From the NCBI GenBank assembly GCA_963813335.1, contig CAWEYL010000003.1, positions 512,001 through 576,000 of the forward strand: a stretch of 64,000 nucleotides of DNA, in the 5' to 3' direction. This document shows positions 52,378 through 62,124 of this stretch, one piece after another. Each line of letters opens with the position of its first letter. Positions within the stretch are counted from its first letter, which is position 1. A program made the translations under genes and the position numbers. Source of the DNA: an uncultured Chloroflexia bacterium. Lineage in GTDB: Bacteria; Chloroflexota; Limnocylindria; Limnocylindrales; CSP1-4. The notes under the pieces were generated by a model. The model was not told where the DNA came from and did not search any database. It worked only from the letters and a program-made list of their open reading frames with translations.

Positions 52378-54837
52378 ATGAACCGAGGGCCACGGGTCGT
52401 GATCATCGGGGCTGGCATCGTCGGATGCTCGCTCGCGGATGAGCTCGCGTCGCGCGGCTGGACCGATGTCACGGTCCTCGACCAGGGCCGGCTGTTCGCG
52501 CCCGGCGGCTCGACCTCCCACGCCCCGGGGCTCGTCTTCCAGACCAACGGCTCCAGGACCATGGCCGAGTTCGCCCGCTACACCGTCGAGAAGCTCAGCT
52601 CGCTCACGCTCGACGGCCAGTGGTGCTTCCAGCAGGTGGGTGGGCTCGAGATCGCGCTCACCCCGGAGCGGCTCGTCGACCTGCGACGGCGCCACGGGCT
52701 CGCACAGTCGTGGGGGATCGACGGGCGCCTCCTCGACCCCGATGAATGCCTGGCGGCGTGGCCGCTGCTGGGCCGCGAGGTCGTCCTCGGCGGCTATCTC
52801 GTCCCGACGGACGGCCTCGCCAAGGCCGTCCGGGCGAGCGAGGCGCAGGCGCGCCGGGCGACCGACGCCGGCGCCCGGTTCCTGGGCGAGCAGACCGTCA
52901 CCGCCATCCGCACGGAGGGCGGCCGGGTGACGGCCGTCGTCACGGACCGCGGCGAGTTCCCGGCCGACATCGTCGTCTGCGCGGCCGGCATCTGGGGACC
53001 GCGGGTCGGTGCACTGGCCGGCGTCCCGGTCCCGCTCCAGCCGCTGGCCCACCAGTACGTCAGGACCTCGCCGCTGCCGGCCCTCGCGGCCATCGCGGCA
53101 TCGCCCGCGCTGGAGGACACCCGGCCCATCCTGCGGGTCCAGGACCGCGACCTCTACGCCCGCGAGCACGTCGACCGGCTGGGGATCGGGGCGTACGGCC
53201 ACCGGCCGATGCCGATCGACCCGGGCTCCCTGCTGTCGCCCGCCGAGGCGCCGGTGATGCCCTCGGTGCTCGAGTTCACGCCGGACGACTTCGCCGAGTC
53301 GTGGGCCTGGGCCCAGGCCGTCATCCCGGCCCTGCGAGGCGCCACGTGCGAGGAGGGGATCAACGGCGTCTTCTCGTTCACCACGGATGGCATGCCGCTG
53401 ATGGGCGAGTCCCGCGAGGTCCGCGGCTTCTGGCTGGCCGAGGCCGTCTGGGTCACGCATTCGGCCGGGGTCGCGAAGGCGACGGCCGAATGGCTGGTCG
53501 ACGGCGCCCCGACGGTCGACGTCCACGAGTGCGATATCGACCGGTTCGAAGCCCACCAGCTGGCACCCGCCTACGTGCGCGAGCGCGGCGTGCAGAACTT
53601 CATCGAGGTCTACGACATCCTGCACCCGCTCCAGCCGATGGAGTCGCCGCGACCCCTGCGGACGAGCCCGTTCCACGACCGCGAGGTGGACCTCGGCGCG
53701 CGCTTCCTCGAGGGCAGCGGCTGGGAGCGGCCGCATTGGTACGAGGCGAACGCGAGGCTGCTCGACCGCTACGAGGACCGCATCCCGGCCCGTGGCGACT
53801 GGGCCTCGCGCTACTGGTCGCCGATCGCCGGCGCGGAGGCGCTGGCCACCCGCGACGGCGTCGCCCTGTACGACATGACCTCGCTCAAGCGGCTCGAGGT
53901 GACGGGCCACGGCGCGCTGGCGTTCCTCGATGGGCTGACGACCAACCGTCTCGACCGGCCGGTCGGGACCGTCGTGTACACGCTCATGCTCGGCGCGGAC
54001 GGCGGGATCCGCAGTGACCTGACGATCGCCCGTCTCGGGGCGGAGCGGTTCCAGATCGGGGCGAACGGCAATCTCGACCTCGCGTGGCTCGAGTGCCATG
54101 CCCCCACGGATGGCAGCGTCGTCATCCACGACACCACCGCCGGCACCTGCTGCCTGGGCCTGTGGGGCCCGCGAGCCCGCGACGTGCTCGCGTCGCTCGC
54201 CGACATCGACGTCTCCAACGAGGCGTTCGGCTACTTCAAGGCGCGCTCGTTCCACGTGGCGCACGTGCCGGTCACCGCGCTCCGCCTCTCCTATGTCGGC
54301 GAGCTCGGCTGGGAGCTGTATACGACCGCCGACATGGGCCGCAAGCTGTGGGACGAGCTGTGGGTGGCCGGCCGCGCGCACGGGCTCATCGCCGCGGGCC
54401 GCAGCGCGTTCGGCAGCCTGCGGCTCGAGAAGGGCTACCGCTCGTGGGGCACGGACATGACCACGGAGCACGACCCGTACGAGGCCGGCCTCGGGTTCGC
54501 GGTCCGGCTCGACAAGGGCGACTTCATGGGTCGCGCGGCCATCGCCGGCCGGGGCGAGGCGACGGCGTCGCGACGGCTCGTGCCACTGGTCCTAGACGAC
54601 CCGGCAGAGGTGCTTCTGGGCAAGGAGCCGGTGGTCGCCGGTGGTCGGACCGTGGGCTACGTCACGAGCGCGGCGTTCGGCTACACCATCGGGCAGTCGA
54701 TCGCCTACGCGTGGGTCCCGGCGGCCGCCGCGACCCCCGGGACGGCGCTGTCGGTCGTCTCGTTCGGAAGGGACCTGGCGGCGACCGTCGCCGCGGATCC
54801 GCTGTTCGATCCCGGGATGGCGCGGCTGCGCGCCTGA
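52378..54837 (+). CDS. Dimethylglycine dehydrogenase/oxidase (FAD plus GcvT)
   Basis: GAGIVG, GSTSHAPG, EAVWVTH, GWERP and RLEKGY motifs. Confidence 0.9.
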   Translation: MNRGPRVVIIGAGIVGCSLADELASRGWTDVTVLDQGRLFAPGGSTSHAPGLVFQTNGSRTMAEFARYTVEKLSSLTLDGQWCFQQVGGLEIALTPERLVDLRRRHGLAQSWGIDGRLLDPDECLAAWPLLGREVVLGGYLVPTDGLAKAVRASEAQARRATDAGARFLGEQTVTAIRTEGGRVTAVVTDRGEFPADIVVCAAGIWGPRVGALAGVPVPLQPLAHQYVRTSPLPALAAIAASPALEDTRPILRVQDRDLYAREHVDRLGIGAYGHRPMPIDPGSLLSPAEAPVMPSVLEFTPDDFAESWAWAQAVIPALRGATCEEGINGVFSFTTDGMPLMGESREVRGFWLAEAVWVTHSAGVAKATAEWLVDGAPTVDVHECDIDRFEAHQLAPAYVRERGVQNFIEVYDILHPLQPMESPRPLRTSPFHDREVDLGARFLEGSGWERPHWYEANARLLDRYEDRIPARGDWASRYWSPIAGAEALATRDGVALYDMTSLKRLEVTGHGALAFLDGLTTNRLDRPVGTVVYTLMLGADGGIRSDLTIARLGAERFQIGANGNLDLAWLECHAPTDGSVVIHDTTAGTCCLGLWGPRARDVLASLADIDVSNEAFGYFKARSFHVAHVPVTALRLSYVGELGWELYTTADMGRKLWDELWVAGRAHGLIAAGRSAFGSLRLEKGYRSWGTDMTTEHDPYEAGLGFAVRLDKGDFMGRAAIAGRGEATASRRLVPLVLDDPAEVLLGKEPVVAGGRTVGYVTSAAFGYTIGQSIAYAWVPAAAATPGTALSVVSFGRDLAATVAADPLFDPGMARLRA

Positions 54838-54918
54838 GGCGCCCCGCCGCTCCATGAGAGGAAGCGGCTGGACCGACGCAACGCGCTCACGCGGCGTTAC
54901 CAATGCCCTCACAATCTC

Positions 54919-55087
54919 TTGACGCCCGGCCGTCCGGGCTGTCCAATGCGAGTGGCGGCGATCGATGCAGCGGCGACACCTAGGAGCGCCGATACGGGCG
55001 ATCCCGCGGAGGGCCGATCCGGGTCGAGGAGGGCTCGGGCGATCGGCGCGACCCATCGACGTGCTCGTGGCACCCGTGCCAACTCGC
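54919..55087 (+). promoter_or_regulatory. Promoter and structured leader of ABC operon 2
   Basis: TTGACG-N17-TCCAAT; nested pairings GCGAGTGGC/GCCAACTCGC, TCGATG/CATCGA and GCGCCGAT/ATCGGCGC. Confidence 0.4.
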
Positions 55088-55110
55088 GTATCGAGATCGG
55101 AGGAGACACC

Positions 55111-56250
55111 TTGTCAACGCGACGCTCCGTGACTCGCGCAGCCGGCCTGCTGGCCGTCGCTGGCCTCGTCTTCGCAGCCTGCTCGAGCAGTTCGAGCCCG
55201 GCACCGTCAGGCGGCGCGTCCGCCGCCGCGGGCGCAGGCGGCGCCAGCCAACAGCTGATCGATGCCGCCAAGAAGGAAGGCCAGCTGTCGGTCATCGCGC
55301 TGCCGCACGATTGGTGCAACTACGGCGAGATCATCACGGCGTTCAAGGCCAAGTACGGCCTGACCGTGAACGAGATCACCCCGGACGCCGGCTCCGGCGA
55401 CGAGATCGAGGCCATCAAGGCCAACAAGGACAACCCCGGGCCGCAGGCGCCGGACGTCGTCGACGTCGGCATCACGTTCGGCGACCCGGCCAAGACCGAC
55501 AAGCTGATCCAGCCCTACAAGGTCTCGACCTGGGACACCATCGATCCCAAGCTCAAGGACCCGGACGGCTACTGGTACGGCGACTACTTCAGCATCCTGA
55601 CCTTCGAGATCAACAAGGCCGCGGTCAAGAACTCGCCGGCCGACTGGGCCGACCTCCAGAAGCCGGAGTACAAGAACCAGGTCGCGCTCGCTGGCGATCC
55701 GCGCCAGTCGAGCCAGGCCATCAACTCGGTGTACGCGTCGTCGCTGGCGAATGGCGGTTCCCTCGATGACGCCTCCAAGGGGCTGTCGTTCTTCGCGGAC
55801 CTCAACAAGGCCGGCAACTTCGTTCCGACGATCGCCAAGACGGCGACCATCGACGCGGGCGCCACGCCGATCACCATCCGCTGGGCCTACAACGCGCTGG
55901 CCCACAAGGACATCGCCGCCGGCAATCCGGAGATCGACGTCGTCGTCCCGGCCAGCGGCCGGTTCCTCGGCGTCTACGCGCAGGCGATCAGCGCCTACGC
56001 CCCGCACCCGAACGCCGCCAAGCTTTGGATGGAGTACCTGTACTCCGACGAGGGCCAGACCGGGTGGCTCAAGGGCTATTGCCACACGACCCGTCTCGCG
56101 GACCTGAAGGCCCGCGGCGTCGCGACCGACCTGATCGCGAAGCTGCCGGACATCTCCGGTGCGGTCTACCCGACCTCGGCGCAGGCCGCGGCCGCCAAGG
56201 ACCTGATCACCAAGCAGTGGGACTCGGTCGTCGGCGCCGACGTCAAGTAG
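55111..56250 (+). CDS. ABC substrate-binding lipoprotein, PotD-like
   Basis: GGAGGAG RBS, TTG start, lipobox FAAC, ALPHDWCNYG. Confidence 0.88.
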   Translation: MSTRRSVTRAAGLLAVAGLVFAACSSSSSPAPSGGASAAAGAGGASQQLIDAAKKEGQLSVIALPHDWCNYGEIITAFKAKYGLTVNEITPDAGSGDEIEAIKANKDNPGPQAPDVVDVGITFGDPAKTDKLIQPYKVSTWDTIDPKLKDPDGYWYGDYFSILTFEINKAAVKNSPADWADLQKPEYKNQVALAGDPRQSSQAINSVYASSLANGGSLDDASKGLSFFADLNKAGNFVPTIAKTATIDAGATPITIRWAYNALAHKDIAAGNPEIDVVVPASGRFLGVYAQAISAYAPHPNAAKLWMEYLYSDEGQTGWLKGYCHTTRLADLKARGVATDLIAKLPDISGAVYPTSAQAAAAKDLITKQWDSVVGADVK

Positions 56251-56275
56251 GCACCCCGACCCACATCCGACGATC

Positions 56276-57178
56276 GTGAGCGGCTCCGCCACGGTCATCG
56301 CAGAGCGGGACGCGCCACCGGCGCGTCCCGCGACGCAACGCCGGCGCTGGTCCTGGCTGGGACTGGTGCCGTTCTTCCTCTTCTGCGGGCTGTTCCTGGG
56401 CGTCCCGCTGGCCTTCCTCGTGATCGGCAGCTTCCTCGACCCGGCGGGCAACGCGACCCTGCAGAACTACGCAGACCTCTCGGACGCCCGCATCCTGGCG
56501 GCGTTCCGGAACAGCATCGAGATCAGCCTGGTCACGGCGATCCTCGGCGGCCTGTTCGGCTTCGCCCTCGCGGGTGCCGTCATCCTCGGCGGCCTGCCGC
56601 GCTTCCTGCGGAGCTCGCTCATGACATTCTCGGGAGTCGCCTCGAACTTCGCCGGCATCCCGCTCGCCCTGGCCTTCACCTTCACGCTCGGCCAGCTCGG
56701 GATGGTCACCGTGATCCTGAAGAACCTCGGCATCGACATCTGGGCCAGCGGGTTCAACCTCTACTCGAAGCTCGGCCTCGAGCTCGTCTACCTCTTCTTC
56801 CAATTCCCGCTCATGGTGCTGATCATGGCGCCCGCCATCGACGGGCTGCGGCCCGAGTGGCGCGAGGCCGCCGAGAACATGGGCGCGACCCGACGGCAAT
56901 ACTGGCGACGCGTCGCGCTGCCGATCCTGACCCCCACCCTGCTCGGCAGCATGATCCTGCTGTTCGGCAACTCCTTCGGGGCGCAGGCGACGGCCTACCA
57001 GCTGACCGGCGGCCAGATCCCGCTCGTCACGCTGGTCATCGGCAACCAGATCAGCGGCGACGTGCTCCACAACGCCGGGCTCGGGTACGCCATCGCGATG
57101 GGCGGCGTCGGGATCATGGCGATCTCGATCCTCGCCTACAGCTTCCTGCAGCGGCGCGCCGAGCGGTGGATGCGATGA
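56276..57178 (+). CDS. ABC permease
   Basis: FQFPLM...EWREAAENMGA motif. Confidence 0.88.
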   Translation: MSGSATVIAERDAPPARPATQRRRWSWLGLVPFFLFCGLFLGVPLAFLVIGSFLDPAGNATLQNYADLSDARILAAFRNSIEISLVTAILGGLFGFALAGAVILGGLPRFLRSSLMTFSGVASNFAGIPLALAFTFTLGQLGMVTVILKNLGIDIWASGFNLYSKLGLELVYLFFQFPLMVLIMAPAIDGLRPEWREAAENMGATRRQYWRRVALPILTPTLLGSMILLFGNSFGAQATAYQLTGGQIPLVTLVIGNQISGDVLHNAGLGYAIAMGGVGIMAISILAYSFLQRRAERWMR

Positions 57179-58053
57179 CCGTCGGCGGGCAGCCTGCCAT
57201 CGGTCCACGCGCGCCCGGTGCACTCGAATCGGTCGCCTCGTCCACGGCCGCGACCAAGCGGCCGCGACGGCGCCTCGGCTCGCCGTGGGCATGGGTCGTC
57301 TTCATCATCGGCGTGACCTACTTCTTCGTGCCGCTCATCGCGACGTTCGAGTTCTCGATGCGGAAGAAGCCGGCGTTCTCCGCGTACACCGACGCCCTGG
57401 CGAACCCGGGGTTCTGGTCGAGCCTGGGCTACTCCTTCATCGTCGGCGTCATCACGGTCGTGCTGAGCATCGCCTTGATCGTCCCGACCGCCTACTGGGT
57501 CCGGCTGCGGGTCCCGCGCCTCCGCCCGCTCGTGGAGCTGATCACGCTGCTCCCGTTCGTCATCCCGCCCGTCGTGCTGGTGTTCGGGCTGATCCGGGCG
57601 TACAGCCGGCCACCGCTGCCGTTCACCTACACCGACATCGGCAGCACCGCGCTGCTGGTCTTCGCCTACATCATCCTGTCCCTGCCGTACATGTACCGCT
57701 CGATCGACGCCGGCCTGCGGGCCATGGACATCCGGACCCTGACGGAGGCCGCCCAGAGCCTCGGCGCCGGATGGTTCACGATCATCGTCAAGATCATCCT
57801 GCCGAACCTGCGCGTGGCGCTGCTGTCCGGCGCGTTCCTGAGCCTCGCGATCGTGATCGGCGAGTTCACCGTCGCCGCCTATCTCGTCCGCCCGGCCTTC
57901 GGGCCGTTCCTGAACCTGCTCGGCGGGAGCCGGAGCTACGAGGCGGCCGCCGTGTCGCTGATCAGCTTCGGTCTGACCTGGCTGGCGATGATCGCCATCT
58001 CCATCGTGGGTCGCGGCTCGCGGAGCCGGATCACCCTGGCCGGCGCCCGCTGA
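57175..58053 (+). CDS. ABC permease
   Basis: TLTEAAQSLGA EAA motif; ATGA overlap. Confidence 0.88.
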   Translation: MTVGGQPAIGPRAPGALESVASSTAATKRPRRRLGSPWAWVVFIIGVTYFFVPLIATFEFSMRKKPAFSAYTDALANPGFWSSLGYSFIVGVITVVLSIALIVPTAYWVRLRVPRLRPLVELITLLPFVIPPVVLVFGLIRAYSRPPLPFTYTDIGSTALLVFAYIILSLPYMYRSIDAGLRAMDIRTLTEAAQSLGAGWFTIIVKIILPNLRVALLSGAFLSLAIVIGEFTVAAYLVRPAFGPFLNLLGGSRSYEAAAVSLISFGLTWLAMIAISIVGRGSRSRITLAGAR

Positions 58054-58073
58054 CCCATGGAGGCACCCCGTCC

Positions 58074-59213
58074 ATGACCTTCCTCGAGCTGACCGGCATC
58101 CAGAAGCACTTCGGCGACGTCGCCGCCGTCCTCGACTTCAACCTGCAGGCCGAGCGAGGCGAGTTCGTGTCGTTCCTGGGGCCGTCCGGCTGTGGCAAGA
58201 CCACGACCCTGCGGATGATCGCGGGCTTCGAGATCCCGACGGCCGGCCGGATCACCGTCAACGGGGCCGACATCACGCGCAAGCCGCCGAACCAGCGGAA
58301 CGTCGGCATGGTGTTCCAGTCCTACGCACTCTTCCCGAACCTGACAGTCGCCGACAACATCGGGTTCGGGCTCAAGGTGCGCGGCAAGCCGGGGGCGGAG
58401 ATCCGCACCCGCGTTGCCGAGCTGCTGGAGATGATCCATCTCTCCGATCGCGGCGGCCGCTACCCGTACCAGCTGTCGGGCGGCCAACAGCAGCGCGTGG
58501 CCCTCGCCCGGGCGCTCGCGATCGAGCCGCAGGTGCTGCTGCTCGACGAGCCCCTGTCCGCGCTCGACGCGAAGATCCGCATCTCGCTGCGCAAGGAGAT
58601 CCGGGCGATCCAGCGCCAGCTCGGGATCACGACGGTCTACGTCACCCACGACCAGGAGGAGGCCCTCTCGCTCTCCGACCGGGTGGTCGTGATGAGCGAC
58701 GGCCGGATCGAGCAGATCGGGACACCGTTCGAGATCTACAACTACCCGACGACGACGTTCGTCGCCTCGTTCGTGGGGACGCTGAACCTGGTGGATGCCG
58801 CAGTGATCGATGCGGCTGGCGGACGGCTCTCGCTGGCCGGCCAGGAGGTCCGGACCGCCAGGCCGATCACCGACGCGGCCTCCGGCGCGCACGTGACCCT
58901 GGCGGTCCGTCCGGAGGGGATCGAGCTCGGCGAGGGATCCGAGGGGCGGAACCGGCTCCGCGGCCAGATCGAGGACATCAACTTCCTCGGCTCGATCGTC
59001 CGCCTCCGCCTCGCCCTCGGCGACGGCGCCGCCGGGTCGGCGCCGACGGCCCTGTCCCTCGACACCTTCAACGAGCCGCACCTGACCCTGCCCGCCGTCG
59101 GCGAGCACGTCACGGTCTCCTTCCCGCCAGAGGCGTGCTTCGTCCTCGCGGCGACCGGCGGACGGACCAGCCCGGCGGGCCTCGAGGCCCTGGAGGACGG
59201 CGCGACGGCGTGA
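58074..59213 (+). CDS. ABC ATPase, PotA-like
   Basis: [18 protein letters not shown] and VTHDQEEA motifs. Confidence 0.9.
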   Translation: MTFLELTGIQKHFGDVAAVLDFNLQAERGEFVSFLGPSGCGKTTTLRMIAGFEIPTAGRITVNGADITRKPPNQRNVGMVFQSYALFPNLTVADNIGFGLKVRGKPGAEIRTRVAELLEMIHLSDRGGRYPYQLSGGQQQRVALARALAIEPQVLLLDEPLSALDAKIRISLRKEIRAIQRQLGITTVYVTHDQEEALSLSDRVVVMSDGRIEQIGTPFEIYNYPTTTFVASFVGTLNLVDAAVIDAAGGRLSLAGQEVRTARPITDAASGAHVTLAVRPEGIELGEGSEGRNRLRGQIEDINFLGSIVRLRLALGDGAAGSAPTALSLDTFNEPHLTLPAVGEHVTVSFPPEACFVLAATGGRTSPAGLEALEDGATA

Positions 59214-59956
59214 CCACGCCGCTCGACGGGATCGACCTCGTCGTCTTCGACAAGGACGGCACGCTGATCGACTTCCACGCGATGTGGAGCGCCTGGCCGG
59301 AAGAGCTGGCCAGCGGCCTGGAGGTCGCGACCGGCCGCGACCTCCGGGTTCCCCTGTTCGCGGCCCTCGGCTACGACGAGACGACCGAACGAGCGGTGGC
59401 GAGCGGATATCTCGCGGCGACCCCGATGGCCCGGATCCGCGACGCGACGCGGGACATCCTGCTTGGCGCCGGCCTTCGGCCGGCGCAGGCCGACGCCGCG
59501 CTCGAGTCCGCGTGGCACGCTCCGGACCCGGTCGAGTCGGCCACCGCGGTCACCGACCTCGTCGACCTGTTCACGGCCCTGCGCTCGAGCGGTCGGCACA
59601 TCGCGGTCGCGACCAGCGATGACCGGGCGCCGACCCTTCGGACCCTTGGCGCGTTCGGGGTCGACGCGCTCGTGGAGGCCACGCTGGGTGCCGACGACGG
59701 GATCCCGGCCAAGCCCGCGCCGGACATGGTCCTCGCGATCTGCCAGTTGATCGCGATCGCGCCTGCCCGGACCGCCGTCGTGGGCGATTCGGCGGCCGAC
59801 CTGGCCATGGGCCGCGCGGCGGGCGTCGCCCGGTGCATCGGCGTCCTGTCCGGGATCGGGACCGTGGACGACCTGGCGCCCCTCGCGGACGTCATGCTGG
59901 CATCGATCGCCGAGCTGCGGCCCGGCCCGAGCACGGATCGGAGGCTGCCCCGATGA
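59210..59956 (+). CDS. HAD-superfamily phosphatase
   Basis: FDKDGTL, ATSD, KP and VGDSAAD motifs. Confidence 0.88.
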   Translation: MTTPLDGIDLVVFDKDGTLIDFHAMWSAWPEELASGLEVATGRDLRVPLFAALGYDETTERAVASGYLAATPMARIRDATRDILLGAGLRPAQADAALESAWHAPDPVESATAVTDLVDLFTALRSSGRHIAVATSDDRAPTLRTLGAFGVDALVEATLGADDGIPAKPAPDMVLAICQLIAIAPARTAVVGDSAADLAMGRAAGVARCIGVLSGIGTVDDLAPLADVMLASIAELRPGPSTDRRLPR

Positions 59957-60876
59957 CCGAGACCATGCGGCCCGACCCGCGGACCGCGACCATCCTCGAC
60001 GCCATCGGCGAGACGCCGCTGATCCGCATCGACGACATCTGGGTCAAGCTCGAGTTCCTCAACCCGTCGGGGTCGGTCAAGGCGCGCATCGCGCGCTACA
60101 TGATCGAGCGGGCGGAGCGCGAGGGCCGGCTGCGCCCCGGCGACACGATCGTCGAGGCGTCGAGCGGCAACACGGGCAACGCGATGAGCATGGTCGCGGC
60201 CGTGAAGGGCTACCGGATGCTGGTGGTCATGCCCGACGGGATGAGCCCGGAGCGGCTGGCCATCAGCCGGGCGTTCGGCGCGGAGGTCCTGACCCTCGGC
60301 GACTTCCACGTGACCGAGGCGCTGGCGAAGGCGCGCGAGCTCGGGAGCCAGCCCGGCTACTTCAGCCCGCAGCAGTTCGATTCCGAGTGGAACGTCGACG
60401 AGAACCGCGAGTGGCTCGGGCCGGAGCTGCTCCGCCAGCTGCCGGACGGCGTCGTGCCGGACGCGATCGTGGCCGGCGTCGGAACCGGCGGGACCCTGGT
60501 CGGGGTCGGCCAGGCGGTTCGCGCCGTCAACCCGCGTGTCGCGGTCATCGGCGTCGAGCCCAACGAATCGTGCACGCTCATGTGCGGCGAGATCGGCAAG
60601 CACCTGATCGAGGGCATCAGCGACGGGTTCATCCCGGGCATCATCGAGCGCCACCGCGACCTGATCGACGACCTCGTCCCGGTCGACAGCGACGCCTCGA
60701 TCGCGGAGATGCGCCGCCTGGCGCGCGAGCACGGGCTGTTCGTCGGGCCGAGCTCCGGAGCGAACCTGGTCGCCGCGCGGACGTGGCGCGACGGCCATCC
60801 CGATGCCCGCGAGGTCGTGACGTTCTTCTGCGACGAGGGCGAGAAGTACATCACGGACTACTTCACGCCCGACTGA
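59953..60876 (+). CDS. PLP-dependent cysteine synthase family protein
   Basis: NPSGSVKAR, SSGNTG, GVGTGGT, IEGI and GPSSG motifs. Confidence 0.85.
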   Translation: MTETMRPDPRTATILDAIGETPLIRIDDIWVKLEFLNPSGSVKARIARYMIERAEREGRLRPGDTIVEASSGNTGNAMSMVAAVKGYRMLVVMPDGMSPERLAISRAFGAEVLTLGDFHVTEALAKARELGSQPGYFSPQQFDSEWNVDENREWLGPELLRQLPDGVVPDAIVAGVGTGGTLVGVGQAVRAVNPRVAVIGVEPNESCTLMCGEIGKHLIEGISDGFIPGIIERHRDLIDDLVPVDSDASIAEMRRLAREHGLFVGPSSGANLVAARTWRDGHPDAREVVTFFCDEGEKYITDYFTPD

Positions 60877-60917
60877 GCGGCACGAGCCCGACCGACCTGC
60901 GTCGGCCGGGCTCGGGG

Positions 60918-61130
60918 TCAGCTCCGGCCGGTGCCCCTGCGGACGGCCGGCGACGCCGAGGTGTCGCCGCGGGCGATCGCCTCGAGGTGACGGCGGACGG
61001 CGTCGAGGGCGCGGGTGGACGCGACGGGTCGGACGGCCCGGCGCGCCTTGGCGGCAGCCCGCATCCGGTCGAGGTCGACCGGCGCGAACGTGGTGCGGCG
61101 GATGGCCGCGCGTGGCTGGGGTCGTGGCAT
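60918..61130 (-). CDS. Small basic protein (70 aa)
   Basis: AGGAGG RBS immediately after the upstream stop; MPRPQPRAAIRRTTFAPVDLDRMRAAAK... Confidence 0.55.
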   Translation of the reverse strand: MPRPQPRAAIRRTTFAPVDLDRMRAAAKARRAVRPVASTRALDAVRRHLEAIARGDTSASPAVRRGTGRS

Positions 61131-61140
61131 GGCCCGCCTC

Positions 61141-61902
61141 CTAGTTGATGACGAACCAGTGGACGAACGCGGCCGCGGTCGTCGTGGTGTTGAGGTACAC
61201 CGTGAACGAGCCGCTGACCGGCACGACCGCCCGGACCCAGCGACCGGTCTGCGCCGAGCCGAGCACCGCGAGGACATGACTGGAGGTCGATGTCCCCAGG
61301 AGGTTGATCTTGATCGACGCCTTGCCCTTGGCGATCGTCGTCCGTCCGGAGCGGCTGAACTTGGCCTTGCCGATGACCTCGAGGGCCAGGTCCTTGGATG
61401 ACGCACCGACGGCGACGACACCGGCATCGGGACCGCCACTCTCCCCGACGACGCCGATCCCGCCGTAGCCGTACACGCCGATGCTGCCCTGGCCGTAGAC
61501 CCCCCAGTCGTCGCTGTCGCCGACCACGCCGGCGCCCACGAAGCTCGTGTCGGGGTTGGTCGGCGACCAGCCGTAGATGCCCGTGTACGCACCGAACCCG
61601 GGCTCCCAGTTCGGAGGCGCGCTGATGCTCCAGCCCCACAGGCCGGCGCCGCCGGTGCTGGTGCCCGAGACACCGAGCCCGAGGCCCGTGGCGTGGGCCG
61701 CGAAGGAGTCCGCATCGGCGGTCGAGTTGCTGATCGAGGTGGCGGCCGTCGACGGGTTGGCGGCGCCGAGCTGGACGTCATCGACGTCATGGGCCGCCAT
61801 CGAGAGCGGCATGGCGGCGGACGCGGCGAGGGCGGCGGCTCCGCCCGCGGCGGCAGCGAGCAGCGCACGGCGGGAGCGAGGGGCGGCGAACGGTTCGTCC
61901 AT
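61141..61902 (-). CDS. Tat-exported glycine-rich repeat protein
   Basis: SRRALL twin-arginine signal, repeated G(V/I/L)xG units, beta-rich C-terminus. Confidence 0.75.
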   Translation of the reverse strand: MDEPFAAPRSRRALLAAAAGGAAALAASAAMPLSMAAHDVDDVQLGAANPSTAATSISNSTADADSFAAHATGLGLGVSGTSTGGAGLWGWSISAPPNWEPGFGAYTGIYGWSPTNPDTSFVGAGVVGDSDDWGVYGQGSIGVYGYGGIGVVGESGGPDAGVVAVGASSKDLALEVIGKAKFSRSGRTTIAKGKASIKINLLGTSTSSHVLAVLGSAQTGRWVRAVVPVSGSFTVYLNTTTTAAAFVHWFVIN

Positions 61903-62124
61903 CGGATCCTTCCTGTGGAACGAGAGCAGCGCTCGCCCGGTCGGGTCCGCGCCCTGGGCATCGTCATGGTGCCACGCGACCGTCTCGTGTGCGTCTCGAA
62001 GTCCGGGCGTGGTACGGATGGGCTATCGCGGGTCGCTCCTGCCGCCCGTACCTTGGCGCAGACCGTCGCGCACCGTGTGCGGCGGCCCTCGGTCATGCCG
62101 TCAACCGGAGGCACTCGAACCCGG

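Noticed and set aside
61903-62124. c-di-GMP riboswitch beside the GGDEF gene
   Set aside because: No class I or class II consensus visible on either strand.
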